Shown here: positions 51,502 through 64,000 of the stretch, piece after piece
Layout of the letters: every line of letters starts with the position of its first letter
How positions within the stretch are numbered: position 1 is the first letter of the stretch
Assembly: GCA_043228905.1 (NCBI GenBank)
Contig: JBHGNT010000005.1
Span: 24,738,001-24,802,000 of the forward strand
Reading direction: 5' to 3'
Source of the DNA: Azolla caroliniana
Taxonomy: Eukaryota; Plantae; Polypodiophyta
Length of the DNA stretch: 64,000 nucleotides
The notes under the pieces: model-generated
Told to the model about the DNA's origin: nothing
Database searches by the model: none
The model's input: only the letters and a program-made list of their open reading frames with translations
Translations under genes and position numbers: made by a program

Positions 51502-54500
51502 GAGCAAAGATGTGAAAACAAATTGGGAGCAATAGAAGGATTTCATTCTCAATGTAGGGTATCAATATTTCAGTGGACATTGAATGCCTAGTTTACCATC
51601 TAACACTTGGTTTAACAAAGAATGCAAGGCTCATATCAAAATTTTGACGCTTGCAAAAGATAAAAATGAAAAAGCCCTAATGTTGTATCAATATGGAAGA
51701 ATGAAGAGGAGAAAGAAGAGGGAATATTATCAAATGCAACAAATATTTAAACTCCAACCAAAGTTAGCATGGAGACAACTCAAGGGAAAAAAGAAGATAT
51801 AATCGGTTAATTCACCAATGATGAGATGGACCAAGATGTACATAAGCTTTATATGCATGACGGTGTCATGATGTGGCGTGACAGAAAAATTAGCAAAAGG
51901 GGGACAATCACGAAATGCAAATATGTATAAAAGAAAATAAAAAACAATAAAGGAAAAGTAAATGGCCTAGTGGTTAGAGCCATTCACTATGTAAAAGGGG
52001 TGCAGAGTTCAATTCACTGTCAGCATGAATAAAAGAATTGTCACTAACTTTTCATTTTTGATGCAAAGTGAGAATAATATGCATTTAACGCAGAATGAGG
52101 CGCCTCTCTCTATACGGAAGGAGAGGAAGAGGGCTCATTTAGGGGTTCTTTTTTTGGCATTTTGAGTCGGCTTGGGGAGAAGGAGCTCTTCATTTCGACA
52201 TTAGTAGAATTTCTTTGCGTTAAAGTATATTTTTTGGATTATTTCCACTTCTCTACTGCCTCTTTCTACTTGGGAGAGTTTCAGACTTCTCCACCACGAG
52301 GAATGTTGCAAGTTAACGACTTCGAGGAAGGGTTCGGCTAACTCACGCAGTGATCATCAAAGGGAGCACGAAGCGGCCCGAGAACACTACTACAATAACG
52401 AGGCGCCGTTGCCGCCAATAGTAGTTGCGGTCCACTCAACTCAACTTCACCAGGCTCCAACCCTCCCTTCATTCTTGTCTAAGCTCTAATCTTTGTAAAA
52501 AAAACCGTACTTATGGCATTTCATTTGGTGAACCCTATTTTGTTGTAAAGAAACTCTTATTCTCTAACTAATCGATATATTTTTGAGCAACACTCTTGTG
52601 TTCGTGTTGTTAATCCATTGTAGTTAGTGCTATTCTCGTGAGATTAGCAATAATCGTGTGCTAATCAGCCCTACAATGTCACATGTGTATGGGAGTGAGG
52701 AGCGTTAAGAGGTGCCCATCACTCAAGCATTCATCTCATCCCAAACATTCGCCTCGTTCCAAGCATTCGCCTCCGAACATTCACCTCGTTCGAGGCCTCG
52801 CCTTGCTTGATCGTTCGCCTCATTCGAGCATTCACCTTGAACATTCGCCCTCCTTGGTTCTAGCCCCTCGTGGTTCCACTCAAGTAGCACACACACATGC
52901 GTTACAAGAGAATAATGTAACCAAAGTGATACTTGAGGATGGTCTTGGGATTAACGGCCCTTTAGGTTTCTCTAACTAAACTAGAAAACGAGTTTATAAT
53001 ATTTAATATTTTCTAATTTTTGTTAAAGTTGTACAGCCTCGTTTTTAGAGCTACATTACAACTTCTAAAAGAATATTTTGTAGTTTGAACGGGATCCTTG
53101 TACGAGATTCCACTCAGCATTGACTAGGGGTATTTATGAGGCCATAACTTAGCTGTCACATCAGCATTTAAAGCTCTTCTTCTAAGACCATATTCTATAC
53201 ATATGTGTGCACTCCTACCTTGTATCTTTTTTGAAGTAGCAGGATTTTGTTTTGCGGAACTGGTTCTGCTTTAATCCCTCCTATGTGTTAAACCCCATAA
53301 TTGTTTTTTAGTTTCTATATCTCTGCCCTTAGATATTTCAGAAAACTGCCATCCTATCTTCTACTTCCTTATGGATGGGATGTTGTTCATTGATATGGTG
53401 GTCCAAGTGGTGCGTTATGTATTAGAAGTGTAGGGTGGCACTAACTCACTCGGGGTATGGAATGAAATATAGAAAATCCAAAGTTGTTGTTATGAGCCAT
53501 ACAAAGAGTATATAGAAGTATATCACAAAAGTCAAGTATATGCCTGATCATAGATAGATTGCCACAGGGTTGGAACATCGGGACGCTACAAAAAACTAAT
53601 AAGAGCAAAATCCTCTCATTTGGCTGGGTGCTTGACATTATGAGATTCGTTTAAAAAATGGGGAGTAAAAGACGTAATGGTGCTCTTAGGTGATGCTATA
53701 AAATATGTTATCCACAAGGGTCAATTACTAGAGGCACTAAGCATGAAATGAAAAGATACTAAAATGTAAAATTTGGAATATTACATTGCAAATGTTAACC
53801 CCAAATGTTGGCCCAAATACTTCTTTGAGAATGTATCCACCCATATCTTACTATCCCCATGAGCCTTGGCTCTCAACGAGCCTTAACACTTCTTCAAACT
53901 CGCTCACACAAGCTAGGTATTGAGGTTGGCATCATCGCCCAAGTATGAAGATATGCAAGGTATGCAACTAACAATTGGCAACGTTTCGGTTCGGTTTGAA
54001 AAGGTTAAAACCGAACCGTTTAAATTTTTTGAAACCTGAACTGAACCGAACCATGGAACCGTTAAACCGAACCATTAAAAAAAAGTTCAAACTGTTAAGC
54101 CATTAAACTGGTAAAACCGCGGTTTTGTGGTTCGGTTTCGATTTTCATCTTGGGTCAAATTTTAAATTTTAAACTTTAAAAATTTTGAAAATTTTAAAGA
54201 TTTTCCTAAAATGTGAGAATAAGTCATGAAAATGAAAAGATTGTTTAAAAGCAAATTTTTTTACTTTTTTTAAAAAATTAAAAAAATACAAAAAAACAAA
54301 AAATAAAAAACCATTAAACCATTTAAACTGCAGTTTCTAACTGTTGAAACCGAACCGAACCATTTAAACTGTTAAGCCGCAGTTTCGCAGTTCAGTTTTA
54401 TATGCAGCAAAAACCTAGTGGAGGATGAATATCACTTACTTCTTGTGTGCCCAACATGTAAGGTGATTCACGAGAAGCATGACAACTTGTTACAGGCATG

Positions 54501-57500
54501 ATAATTTTAAGTGTCATACTAAAATCTCCACTAAGAAGGGTAAGCACAAATGTGCATGCATTATTTTCACATCGAGAGTTTTTACTTCAAAGTAATAATT
54601 CCCCTCTTCTTAACGAGAAATAAAAGATGATATGTTAATTTGGTTCAATAGTTCAAATTGGCATCCTAGTGGACAACAAAAATACCTTATATTCTATTCT
54701 CTCATTCACTTGTAATTTACAAACAAATTCTTTTCGTCCAAGCACACTCTGCAAAGGCATCAAGCAATACAATTTAAAGCAAAAATGGTTTGATAATGAA
54801 TTTCATGAAGCTCAAAAGTGCCTTACGAGTTCAGAAGTACTCAAGGATAAGCAAAATTATCAAAGGCATTCATGAGAATTATGGCAAATTACTCAACAAT
54901 TTCTCCAAACGCAAGAGAAAGCACATACATGTGCTCAATTTTGGAGAAATCTTAAGGGGGAACATGCTGAGAGTTATGGTGACTTAACTCTTATGGACTT
55001 ATCTATGCATTATAAGCACATATACACGCAATCATGTCCCAAAAAGATGGCATGCTATGGTTCTCTTTCACATAGTCCTCCCTTCTTTACAATCAAAGAT
55101 ATATGCATAGGAAGATGTATGCATATGACTTAAGAAATTGGCCTATTAAAAGGCAATCAATCTTCAATACATAAAGACCAAAATGCCCAAACAAACGGAA
55201 AAGGAAGCACATGTATGGATAAGTAATATGTTTAATCCTACATTGCAATATGCGCATGCCTTACATTTGGAGGACAAGTTGGATAAAACCTTTACGTAAA
55301 GGTGGACATGTAAAAATAATGTAAACAATTTACCATGCAAATCATGGTCGTTAATTCCTAGATTTATAGCGTCGTCTACTCATGTAGCAGTGGCGAATAA
55401 TAAATCTATATCTCATTTCCATTTGAAAAGAAAACGAGACATAGATCTATGAAGCATCCTTGAGGATACAAAGGGTAGGTATTTTTAGGTGGCGTAAGTC
55501 CAACAAAAAAACTCTGCCAACTTGACAATCAGTTCAAGCAACAGATCAATTACATGGACAAGTTGGTTTTCAAAAACACCATAGCACCAACAATCACAAA
55601 GTAGAAAACTGAGAACTCGAAGGATTTGGAAAGATTTATAGAGACCTTTAATCACAACGATTTCCCACGTGACAAGGAGCAAAGCATCAGTAACCCAGGA
55701 TATAATTCAGGCAAAGATGGAAGCAGCAAGGCATTAATCTGATCAGTTACTAGTATCCAATAGCTTTGGGAGCTCCCTAAACGAAGGTACTTAAGGTTGG
55801 GACTTATGTCATCGAAAGAACTTGTTGAACATGGAGATATTCATCGTTGGTATGTTGAAATGCAACCATGGGTCGAGTCACATAGCATAAACATAAATGC
55901 ACTACACCCATTCCAATATACCTTAGATTGTCCCCATCTAATTATGACCAAAGTGAAAATTAATAGTGGTGCAATGTTCATAATTATCATACCTTGTCAA
56001 TCTTCCCATTCTTAAGATGATATTGAACACCTGACCAATCGATGGATTGAGTGAAGTGAGAATATACAGCCGAGAGAGGATACAAAAGGTTATCAACAAT
56101 AAGAGCCAAAAACACCTGCAAATCCATGAGATAAATATAAGTTTTGAGACATGAGGTACACAAACATACCTAAGAATCTCATGTCCTTTGAATTCTATAC
56201 TTACAATGAACCAGTTATATGACCGTGTTGAAAATTGTTCTTGTTCCGGTGACAAAGCATTACATAAATTTATCTCCACTCTCGAAATGTTCCAAAGAGA
56301 GACCATTTCAATCATAGCACATAGAAGGTGACCACATGCAAACATAAAACCTGCAATATTTAGAAATCAGGACTTTTTGAAAGTTTGAGATATAAACATG
56401 CATATGTCTATGTCTATGTCTATGTCTTTATGTGTATATGTATGTGTAAGTGCCTGTGTTTGTGTGTGTGTCGGTTAATGGGGATGGGGATGGGGATGGG
56501 GCTGCGGTCCGCATCCACGTCCATATTCATGGATGTGGATGTGTATGGGTATATGCATATGCATATGAGCAGCACAACCCTGGTCTACCAAATCAAACCA
56601 CACATTACCGCTATATATTATAAAACGAAAAAGCATGGCCCTGGTCTATCGGCTTAAACTAAAGCATTATCTCGTGGTGGCAACTTAATGACTTAATGGT
56701 TTCTGAATCCTCATTTAAAGTAAGTATGTGAAGGTTTAAAATTAGGAAAATACAAGCTATTTCATATAGCAATATTTCTCCCTCCTACTCTAATCAATCA
56801 CTTTTACGAAATTACACGGTATTTATAGCTCGTTGAGTTATTTCTCTTTACTAATTCTTCTCTTTCGATGATTGGCTTCTGAATATTAATCCATCACTAT
56901 CTTTGCAAATAAGGGGCAATGAATCACATTATGGTTTCCATGCAAATGCCTTGTCTCTTAATCAGTATTGCATTAATCAGATACAATACATTCTCAATAC
57001 AATAAGCAGGACAGTCACATGGGTTATGTTCACCTTGTGCATGCAATCATATGCCATTTTAAATGAATACATAATTTATATATATATATCAATAGAAATC
57101 TAACAAACCAATTGTGCATGAGCTCTTCTCAAGGTATGGACTGCCGATAATGAATCTGAGAAAAGAAAGTAACTGCAATGTTGACATGGCAAAGGGCAGA
57201 ACGAAACTCCACGACAGCCAACAGTGTGAATAAAATAAAGCTCTGTTCATTAACCAATTCACATGTGTGTTGTATGACTCTAAGACGAATGTTTGCTTTC
57301 GCAGATAGTTCCAGTACCTGAAGTTCAATGGCAGTAGAAATCAGCACAAAGGTCCCTCTATTTACTGCACTGGTATTTTGAATTCAAGAAAATGAAAATC
57401 TCCTTACTGTAAGAATGTGATATTCTTAGCAAGTGGATGGATAAATATTGCTACTGGAGGAGAGCTTATTATCCTCTTGTTAGCTCCTGGTCCAAGATGA

Positions 57501-60500
57501 GAGAAAACATTACAAAAATATAGATAATGAAACTAAACAATGTCATATCATTATGATTTTGAAATTATAGGCAGAATTGTACTTGAAAAAGTCTTTGACA
57601 GAGTAGATGTAGCAAGGTTGCTTTGACATTAGTTTTGATTTCATTTTTCAATTAATATAACCCCACTTTTCACAAACAAGAATGATGAAAAAAGAAAGAA
57701 ATAAAGAAACTCAATATAATGGTTGCACATTGGATGAAGCCTAGCTAAAAATTGACCCTCCCACAACTAGTATGCATGTTCGCACACTCCACCATACTAA
57801 GGAGAATCGTGGTGCCATGGGTGTCATATAATTGTTAATATACAAAAGGGCATTTCAGAAGGGAATAAGCCCATACAAGATATCTGAGAATTGTGACCAG
57901 TGTCCAAGAGCTCCCTAAACAAAGGTACAAGGTTGGCACTTATGTCATCAAAACAACTTGTTGAACATTGAGATAGTCATTGTTGGAATATTAAAACGCA
58001 ATAATGGTTAAGAGTAACATGGCATAAGCATGCATCCATCACCCCCTGTTTTATATAAATTGGATTTTGCCAATCTAAACATGACCAAAGCAGAAAGAAA
58101 AGAGTGACCCAAACTGCTATTATCTAATTGGATAATGTAAAAACATGGATCACCCCCGCCACATCTCTTGGTAGGAAGATGGTCCACTATAAAGCACGCT
58201 CTTTACACACTTCAGAGGATGGATTTATCACCACGTCCTCTTATATGAACATACATATATCCTATGAATTGCACAATGTGACGGGGAAGCTTCAGACCTC
58301 TTCATATCAGTTAGAGATTGAGGTAGGCAGATATGCCCATAGACCTCTAGAAGAAAGAATTTACCAATGGCATCATCGAGGAGTGGAATCTAAAGAACAC
58401 ATGTTTGCCAATATACAAATTTCCTTGAGATGAGAGAGAGATGTCATTGCCTCTTTAAATGGAATATGAGGACCAACAGTGCTTGACGCTGTTCTTGTTA
58501 GAACTCGAGAGACATTTGGAGAGTTGTTGAAGGACAACAATACAATCACACAAGCTCATCAACAAGAATAATCACAATTTTCTCTAGCCCCATCAACCCT
58601 ACCCATGCTACAAGTCAATCAATGGCTACAAAAGTGGGTTCCCAACCAGCACAATGCAACAGGATTGCAACAGATCCGCCAATAGAAATGTGTCATGCAG
58701 GTAGGCCCAGCCACGTGGACCACAATCTCGCTACCCTTGTCATCAACAACTTAAGGGCACTATCTCCTGCCATCATAGGTGTTTTCCTCACTTCTGAGAT
58801 TTCTCCATTCTGGATTGACCAATGCTAGAGATCTTTTGAAGACAAAAATTACAATTTATTTGACTTGAGAATCTTACATGTATAGATAATGGGATTCTCT
58901 AGTCACTTCTATTTTTATTTAGTTTCATTTATGTTGGTTTGTTGTCGTCAAAGACAAGATAATAATTTCAGATGTAATATCTTGTTTGGTCTTACAGGTC
59001 TTTTTAGCCTCTTAAAAGACATTATATCTTTCTTCTTTCCTTTCATAGTATATAGAATTTGCATGTTTTTCGATGTTGCGTAGTGGGACAGCGAAAAAAG
59101 TCGTGGCAAGTTCTATGTGTTTTGTGAACAAGTCTGTTCTTTTGGTTTACAGGATGGAACTCTGGTTGAGTCTGTGTGATAGAGAGTTCCACGGTGATTG
59201 TTTTTTCTCGGGGTGCCTTTGGTTCTTATTTACCTTTTTTGGTTAGTTCAGTATTCTTAAGACTTGTGTAACCCTCATTTCATTCTTAATACTTTCATTC
59301 ACCATGTGTGAATCAAAACAGTGTACACATCCTTCAATTTCAGTATTTCAAGAAGAGATAGCATATTTCATGTATTAAATAATCATGACATCTAATAGGA
59401 ATACACCATACCTGCAACAGCTGCCAGTGTCATATCATCTGAGTAGCCACCGCATCGTAACCCAGTCACCATACCATAACGGTCCTCCCGGAAGTCGTCT
59501 GCATGCATCTGGAAACCATTCTTACAAACCTGTAAATCTTGCTAAAAGAGGCACAAAACTCAACGAAACAAAGATTATGAAGAAGTTACCATCATGCATC
59601 CTCCCCACAAGAAGAAGGTTCGACCACCAGTAGCAAAGCCCATTGAGCAAGGCTAGGACATCAAACAAAAACAAATATATAATATCTGCAAATAATCTCT
59701 AGTGATATCAAATAAGATTTTTCAGTAGTACCATGTGATATTCAAACATGCAATAGCTACCCAAGCTTCCAGATGGAATATCGAATGGATAGCCTGTCAA
59801 AACAAAGATCTATAAATTAAAATGTCAGTGGCAATATCGATAGATTCATATGAAAATAAGAAGTGAGCACAATTATCTGCAATGGTACCTTTGGATCCTC
59901 TTCCATACATGCAACTAGAGCTCCTATTGTGCCAGGATGGAGCCTCACATCGTCATCTAAGAATAGGACATACTTGGATTGCACATGCATTGCAGAGATA
60001 CCTGCCTATCATACATGAAACTTGGTTTCAGGGCAAGGGTGAATCATTATTTGAATAAGTTTGTTTCACATTCATAACATAGATAAAAACCAAAACCCCA
60101 CCCATCACTGACTTGCAAAGGTAACCAACATGACCCCTAACCTAAGACCAAGCGGCAAAAAACTGTGACATTTCCACTTCCTTGATGACCAAACTTCAAA
60201 TTCTTATTAAACTTGCAGTCAGTTCATCAAATCCCTGTATCCTAAGCTGTATTCTAAATGCCTAACCTGTATTCTATGCTTTAAGGAATTCTTCACTTTC
60301 AATTTGAATTTGTATGGCATTCAAAAAAAGGGAGGAAAAATATGTCATGATACACTAAAAAGAACTTTAGGGAATAAAAAGGGGTGCGTAAATCTCAACA
60401 ACTTTTCTGTTTCTTTTGGAAAAGTAATAGCAAGTGAAGGTGAAAACAGTGTGGCAATGAAACATACAATAACACAATTGTGCAAACACACACAAACATT

Positions 60501-63246
60501 GATCAGATAAAAGATAGTTATTCACCAGTTGATTGTGTATCTTCTGACTGCATGTAGTTGACAAGCCTGCTACAATTATTCTAGCTGCAAATTGACCCTG
60601 AATCAACAAACAACTCAATCATTAAAGTGGCAAATTCTTCTGATTAATATCAAGGAATCATCAGAAGAAATGGTAAGTAATACCCTAATAATATCCAACA
60701 AAACCTTAGACAGTACAATGCAACCTCATTCATGAAATGTAAAAGCAAAAAACTAGTTTGAATAACATTAAGGAAATTTTAACAACATAATCTAATAATC
60801 TCTGACAAAATCATAGACAGTAGAATTCTCTACAAGCAGGCAATCCAACCCTATAAATTTAACAATTACTTGATTGCTATAGTGGGAAAATCATATGATT
60901 AACATAAGAGAATTATTTAGAAGAATGCCAGGCCAAGTATATCATCATTTCAAATTTAAGAAAAATTTTAAGCCCACTAATTTTGAACTAACCTGTAATT
61001 CTTTTAATAATTCAGATGCTGCAGAGTATGCTGCATCCTTTTCACTTTCAACTATAAAGAAAAACTCCACTGGCCCACCATATAGAGATATAAGCTGCTC
61101 GGAGCAGGGCAAGAAGTGTAAATTACTCAGAGTAACCAAAACCAAAGAAATCAATCTATATTGGTATTAAAACCAGGTCATAATTATGTTCGGCAAAGTA
61201 GCATGCCTGAGTCCTCCAATTATTTACACTGTGCTCAGAAACACCCTTCACTGGCATTATTACAGATACACAAGGCAGATTTTCTTGTACAGAATGCTCT
61301 AGATTATTGATATCTGGATAAAGAAATGAAAGACTATTCCCTTTTTGTTCAGCGTCCTTTATTTTCTTCAGCTCCTTGTTCCTTCATATTCACAACAACA
61401 TAAATTTGATGCATAGGATTGCAAAAATACTGAAGATTTTGTGACTCAAAAAAACAATATACTACCTTACTAAAGCTGCAAGCATCCAACCCAGGGCCAG
61501 GAACAAGCATATTACACATCCCTGGCACACATGCCAACCAATCAGGATCATGTCAAACTTTCATATGCATACAAGTCATTATATATCTGACTTCTTCCTT
61601 TCCAAACCCACATGGACATTTTGCAAGGAGACAAACCAACCAAAGACTCATTTCAGCAAAAAAAATGACATATAGTATCAACCAAGTTATCAAAAGTCGA
61701 ATTGATGAAATTCAACAAGGTGTGGGTAAGACTGGTTGTAATGTTGAGTCCATTCAGATAGTCAAATGCATAGTTGCCTAATTATTGACATACATGAATG
61801 GATGAACAAGATTCCAATTGTCTCTATCTACTATCTAGTGAAACCAAATTGAGGGAAAAAATACTTGGTTAGCTTAACTTTCCAACACTGTGAAATGACT
61901 TAAGAGGTGTAGAATAAGTGAGAGCCTTTGAAATATGGGAGAATCAATCGTGCTAATCTTAAAGGTTAATTTACTAGCTAGAAACTAGGCCCAGCCTATG
62001 CTTTGGTCTCTGGCATACTCTTGTGTTGATATGGAGGGGTTCCGAATGGAGAGTCATGCTCAAATATTTATAGCCCATGGCAAAACCATTGATGTTCTTC
62101 AAGATGTTATTACTTCAAATTATACATACATAAAGATAGTGTGCATGACTGTCTATGATCCATTTTGAAATGAATGCAAAGGAATTTCCTAGCACCTGAC
62201 TCAGAAAAAACGTTCTACTGCATCCACCATTCGGTAACTCCCCACATGTGTGTGTGTGTGTGTTAAGAGATGGCAATTATAAGACATTGCATTCCTCATT
62301 CTCACTTTACTATAAATGTTATTTTTATAGCTCCTACCTAATGCAATCTTGAGGTGACCTTGTACATATCCAACCTTCACTGGTTCTCTCTATCTTTCTA
62401 GTCGTGACGTTTCTCATAGAACAAATTGAAAGCTGTCCTTTTATAATGTATCATCCACACTAATCATGTCCACACTCGTCCACCAGAAATTGAACACCCA
62501 CAGCACCTATGTTCCTACAACATGGAATTAACACAGTTTCTTCTCCTTAAAGGTCAAATGACACTTGAGGATTTTACAAATGTCCAGCTACATTGGTCGT
62601 GCACATATAATCTGTCCACCCACACTGGCCTTATAAACACATGCCAGCCAGTACACCATACATCCTTTCCAACTTTGTTAACTTAAGTTAGATCTCTCAC
62701 ATTCTACATTTCCTTGCTTTGCTGAGGCACGCCCCATTAAATTATGAACCAAGAAAGACTGAAGACATCATGGCATGAAAGAGAACCAGTAAAACCACTA
62801 GATTCAAGTCAGATCTCGCATTTTTCTCTCTCAATAAATTATTTTTATAATCAACAAAGAAATTTTCTCCATCGATAACCATTTTTTTTCTTCATCAGCA
62901 AACTCTTTACCTCCATTAATAACCTCTGAGTAACAGGTTACATGTTTTCTCCGTGAATAACTAATTTTCAGCCATAACACAAGTGAACACAAGGGAATTG
63001 AACCTAACTCGCCCAAAGTCATAAGCGAAGCATAAAACGCGCAAAACAGAAATGAACTAGAAAGAAAGGAAGTATCATAAGAGAATACCGAACCAGAGGT
63101 AGAAATAAAACCAAAACATTTGAAGAGCAGGGTTAGGGCTCCACAAGAAGAAGACATACCTGGAGCTGGATAGCGATGGCGAGAGGGTGGGAGGATAGAT
63201 CCATGGCGGAGGAGAGACAGAGATCGATTCGGTGAAGAAGAGCCAT
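51302..63246 (-). CDS. GCS: Glucosylceramide synthase (ceramide glucosyltransferase, GT21), 502 aa; exons 63160-63246, 61466-61521, 61207-61381, 60993-61094, 60526-60597, 59889-60005, 59732-59809, 59590-59652, 59412-59508, 57408-57486, 57109-57317, 56205-56350, 55993-56115, 51302-51406
   Basis: Motifs SLYGGPVEF, AGLSTTCSQKIHNQL, YVLFLDDDVRLHPGTIGAL, FFLWGGCMMMHADDFR, GGYSDDMTLA and YWNYLRKQTFVLESY match plant GCS as recalled. All exon phases are consistent (1509 nt). The last exon was chosen because it begins with IERR. Confidence 0.92.
51435..51498. repeat. (TC)n microsatellite just inside the last GCS intron
   Basis: Directly visible. Confidence 0.95.
51500..51870 (+). mobile_element. Degenerate RTEX-like LINE fragment
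   Basis: PSNTWFNKECK...KRRKKREY...PKLAWRQLK resembles the KWFDKEC linker region. Confidence 0.6.
51876..53160. mobile_element. Putative LTR-like insertion with tRNA-like A/B boxes
   Basis: (c)GTGACAG...CTGTCACA inverted ends, TGGCCTAGTGGTTAGAGC..GAGTTCAATTC at about 51963-52015, short aagcattcgcctcgttc repeats. No clear target-site duplication. Confidence 0.4.
53640..54640 (+). mobile_element. 3' fragment of a LINE (C-terminal CCHC region), interrupted by a MITE
   Basis: RSHKLGIEVG...CKVCNKNLVEDEYHLLLVCP is reconstituted after removing 53969-54400 and one target-site copy. Confidence 0.7.
53969..54400. mobile_element. hAT-like non-autonomous element (432 bp)
   Basis: 8-bp target-site duplication TATGCAAC/TATGCAGC, TA...TA ends, clustered AAACCGAACC subterminal motifs around an AT-rich core. 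TIRs are degenerate. Confidence 0.7.
54720..55350 (+). mobile_element. Degenerate fragment of the RTEX-like LINE family
   Basis: Reverse-complement similarity to about 37340-37990 (KQKWFDNEF, tttacaat..aagatatatgcatagg, aaaggaagcacat.tatggataag). Confidence 0.8.
57780..58900 (+). mobile_element. LINE 3' fragment in GCS intron 9; a related piece lies at about 55770-55960
   Basis: LQTSSYQLEIEVGRYAHRPLEERI..ESKEH; the gagctccctaaac.aaggtac...cttatgtcatc.aaa.aacttgttgaacat block is shared between the two sites. Confidence 0.7.
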
Positions 63247-63543
63247 GGATCTTTCCAGATGAATTGAAACAGAGACAGAGACAGCTCGCCCCTCGCTCTG
63301 GAGGGAAGAAGATCGTGCGCTGTCGCGCTGTCGTCTTTATGTTTTTGGCTTTTTGGCTTTTTGCTTTTTGCTTTTTGCTTTTGCCTTTTTGCGTTTCTTG
63401 TTCTTTTATTTTGGAGTTTTATTTTTCAGCTTTAATTCTTTCTAAGTTCCTATGTCCAGGTACATATTTCTTAGCTCTATTATATTATTCTCCTCATTTT
63501 TTCTCTGTTTTCCTGAACTATCACAATCCATTAGTTCTCCTAC

Positions 63544-64000
63544 TGTTCGGTCATGTGTGTGGCTCGACACACAATAGAATGACCTTATCGCCGACTCGCC
63601 CAGCTCTTAGAGCACACAAGTTTCGGCACGTTGTCGTGAAGATTTCCGGCTATGGTGTGAAACCGGGGTGGAATGGGCAAATCGGTGATGTGCAACATGT
63701 GCACGTGTATACTAGGAAATGGTGTGTAGAAAGAAGAGGGGAATTTTATCCCACATTGTAAGGTCCCTCCCTCCTTGGGCTATAAAGGGAAGGGAGGGGT
63801 CACTTATGAGGTTGTTGCCTATTTTGAGGGAGAGAGGCATACCACTTAGGTCGAGGGTTTCCTATTTGGTTTTAGGGTTTCGGTTAAGGTTTTCTTCTTG
63901 GGTTTTCCTTTAGGGTTTTCTCATAGTCGTTTGGTGCAGCCATGGCGGCCACCATTGTAAAGCGTTTATGTTTCCTTAAGCTAACTTGTTGAGCATCTTG
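63544..64000 (+). mobile_element. Possible LTR start ~300 bp upstream of the GCS ATG, running off the window
   Basis: TGTT start, shift to higher GC, tcccacattg...ctataaaggg arrangement typical of plant LTRs. No second LTR or PBS within the window. Confidence 0.35.

Noticed and set aside
51960-52025. Functional tRNA gene (also considered at 40635-40705)
   Set aside because: A/B-box-like motifs are present but no convincing cloverleaf or acceptor stem; both are embedded in repeat sequence.
55652-55738. Nearer candidate last exon of GCS (INALLLPSLPE...)
   Set aside because: No resemblance to the plant GCS C-terminus, whereas 51302-51406 starts with IERR. Kept only as a possible minor isoform.
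63264-63761. 165-aa hydrophobic ORF upstream of GCS
   Set aside because: The hydrophobic stretch comes from a (TTTTTGC)n promoter repeat, the start is non-ATG and no domain was recognised.

Overview
AT-rich eukaryotic (land-plant) nuclear DNA. The DYW:KP-type PPR gene points to a fern, lycophyte or hornwort, most likely a fern (inference). Four host genes were reconstructed by hand: a 3-exon HD-Zip class I transcription factor (+, 9975-12527); a convergent pair of intronless PLS-class PPR genes, one ending just after the KP box (+, 22988-25594) and one with a complete DYW:KP deaminase-like domain and an unexplained N-terminal repeat block (-, 27504-31358); and a 14-exon glucosylceramide synthase (-, 51302-63246) with a GC-AG intron. 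The rest is mostly nested transposons. These include a copia element with TG...TA termini carrying a solo LTR and a pogo-like TIR element, and L1-like LINE copies arrayed head-to-tail between (GA)n tracts. Nested in those are a truncated copia, an RTEX-like LINE, a Ty3/gypsy chromovirus-like fragment with self-priming and -1 frameshift signals, and an RT-less copia. A 131-bp near-perfect hairpin lies at 3237-3367. Coordinates were read manually, and no database searches were run.
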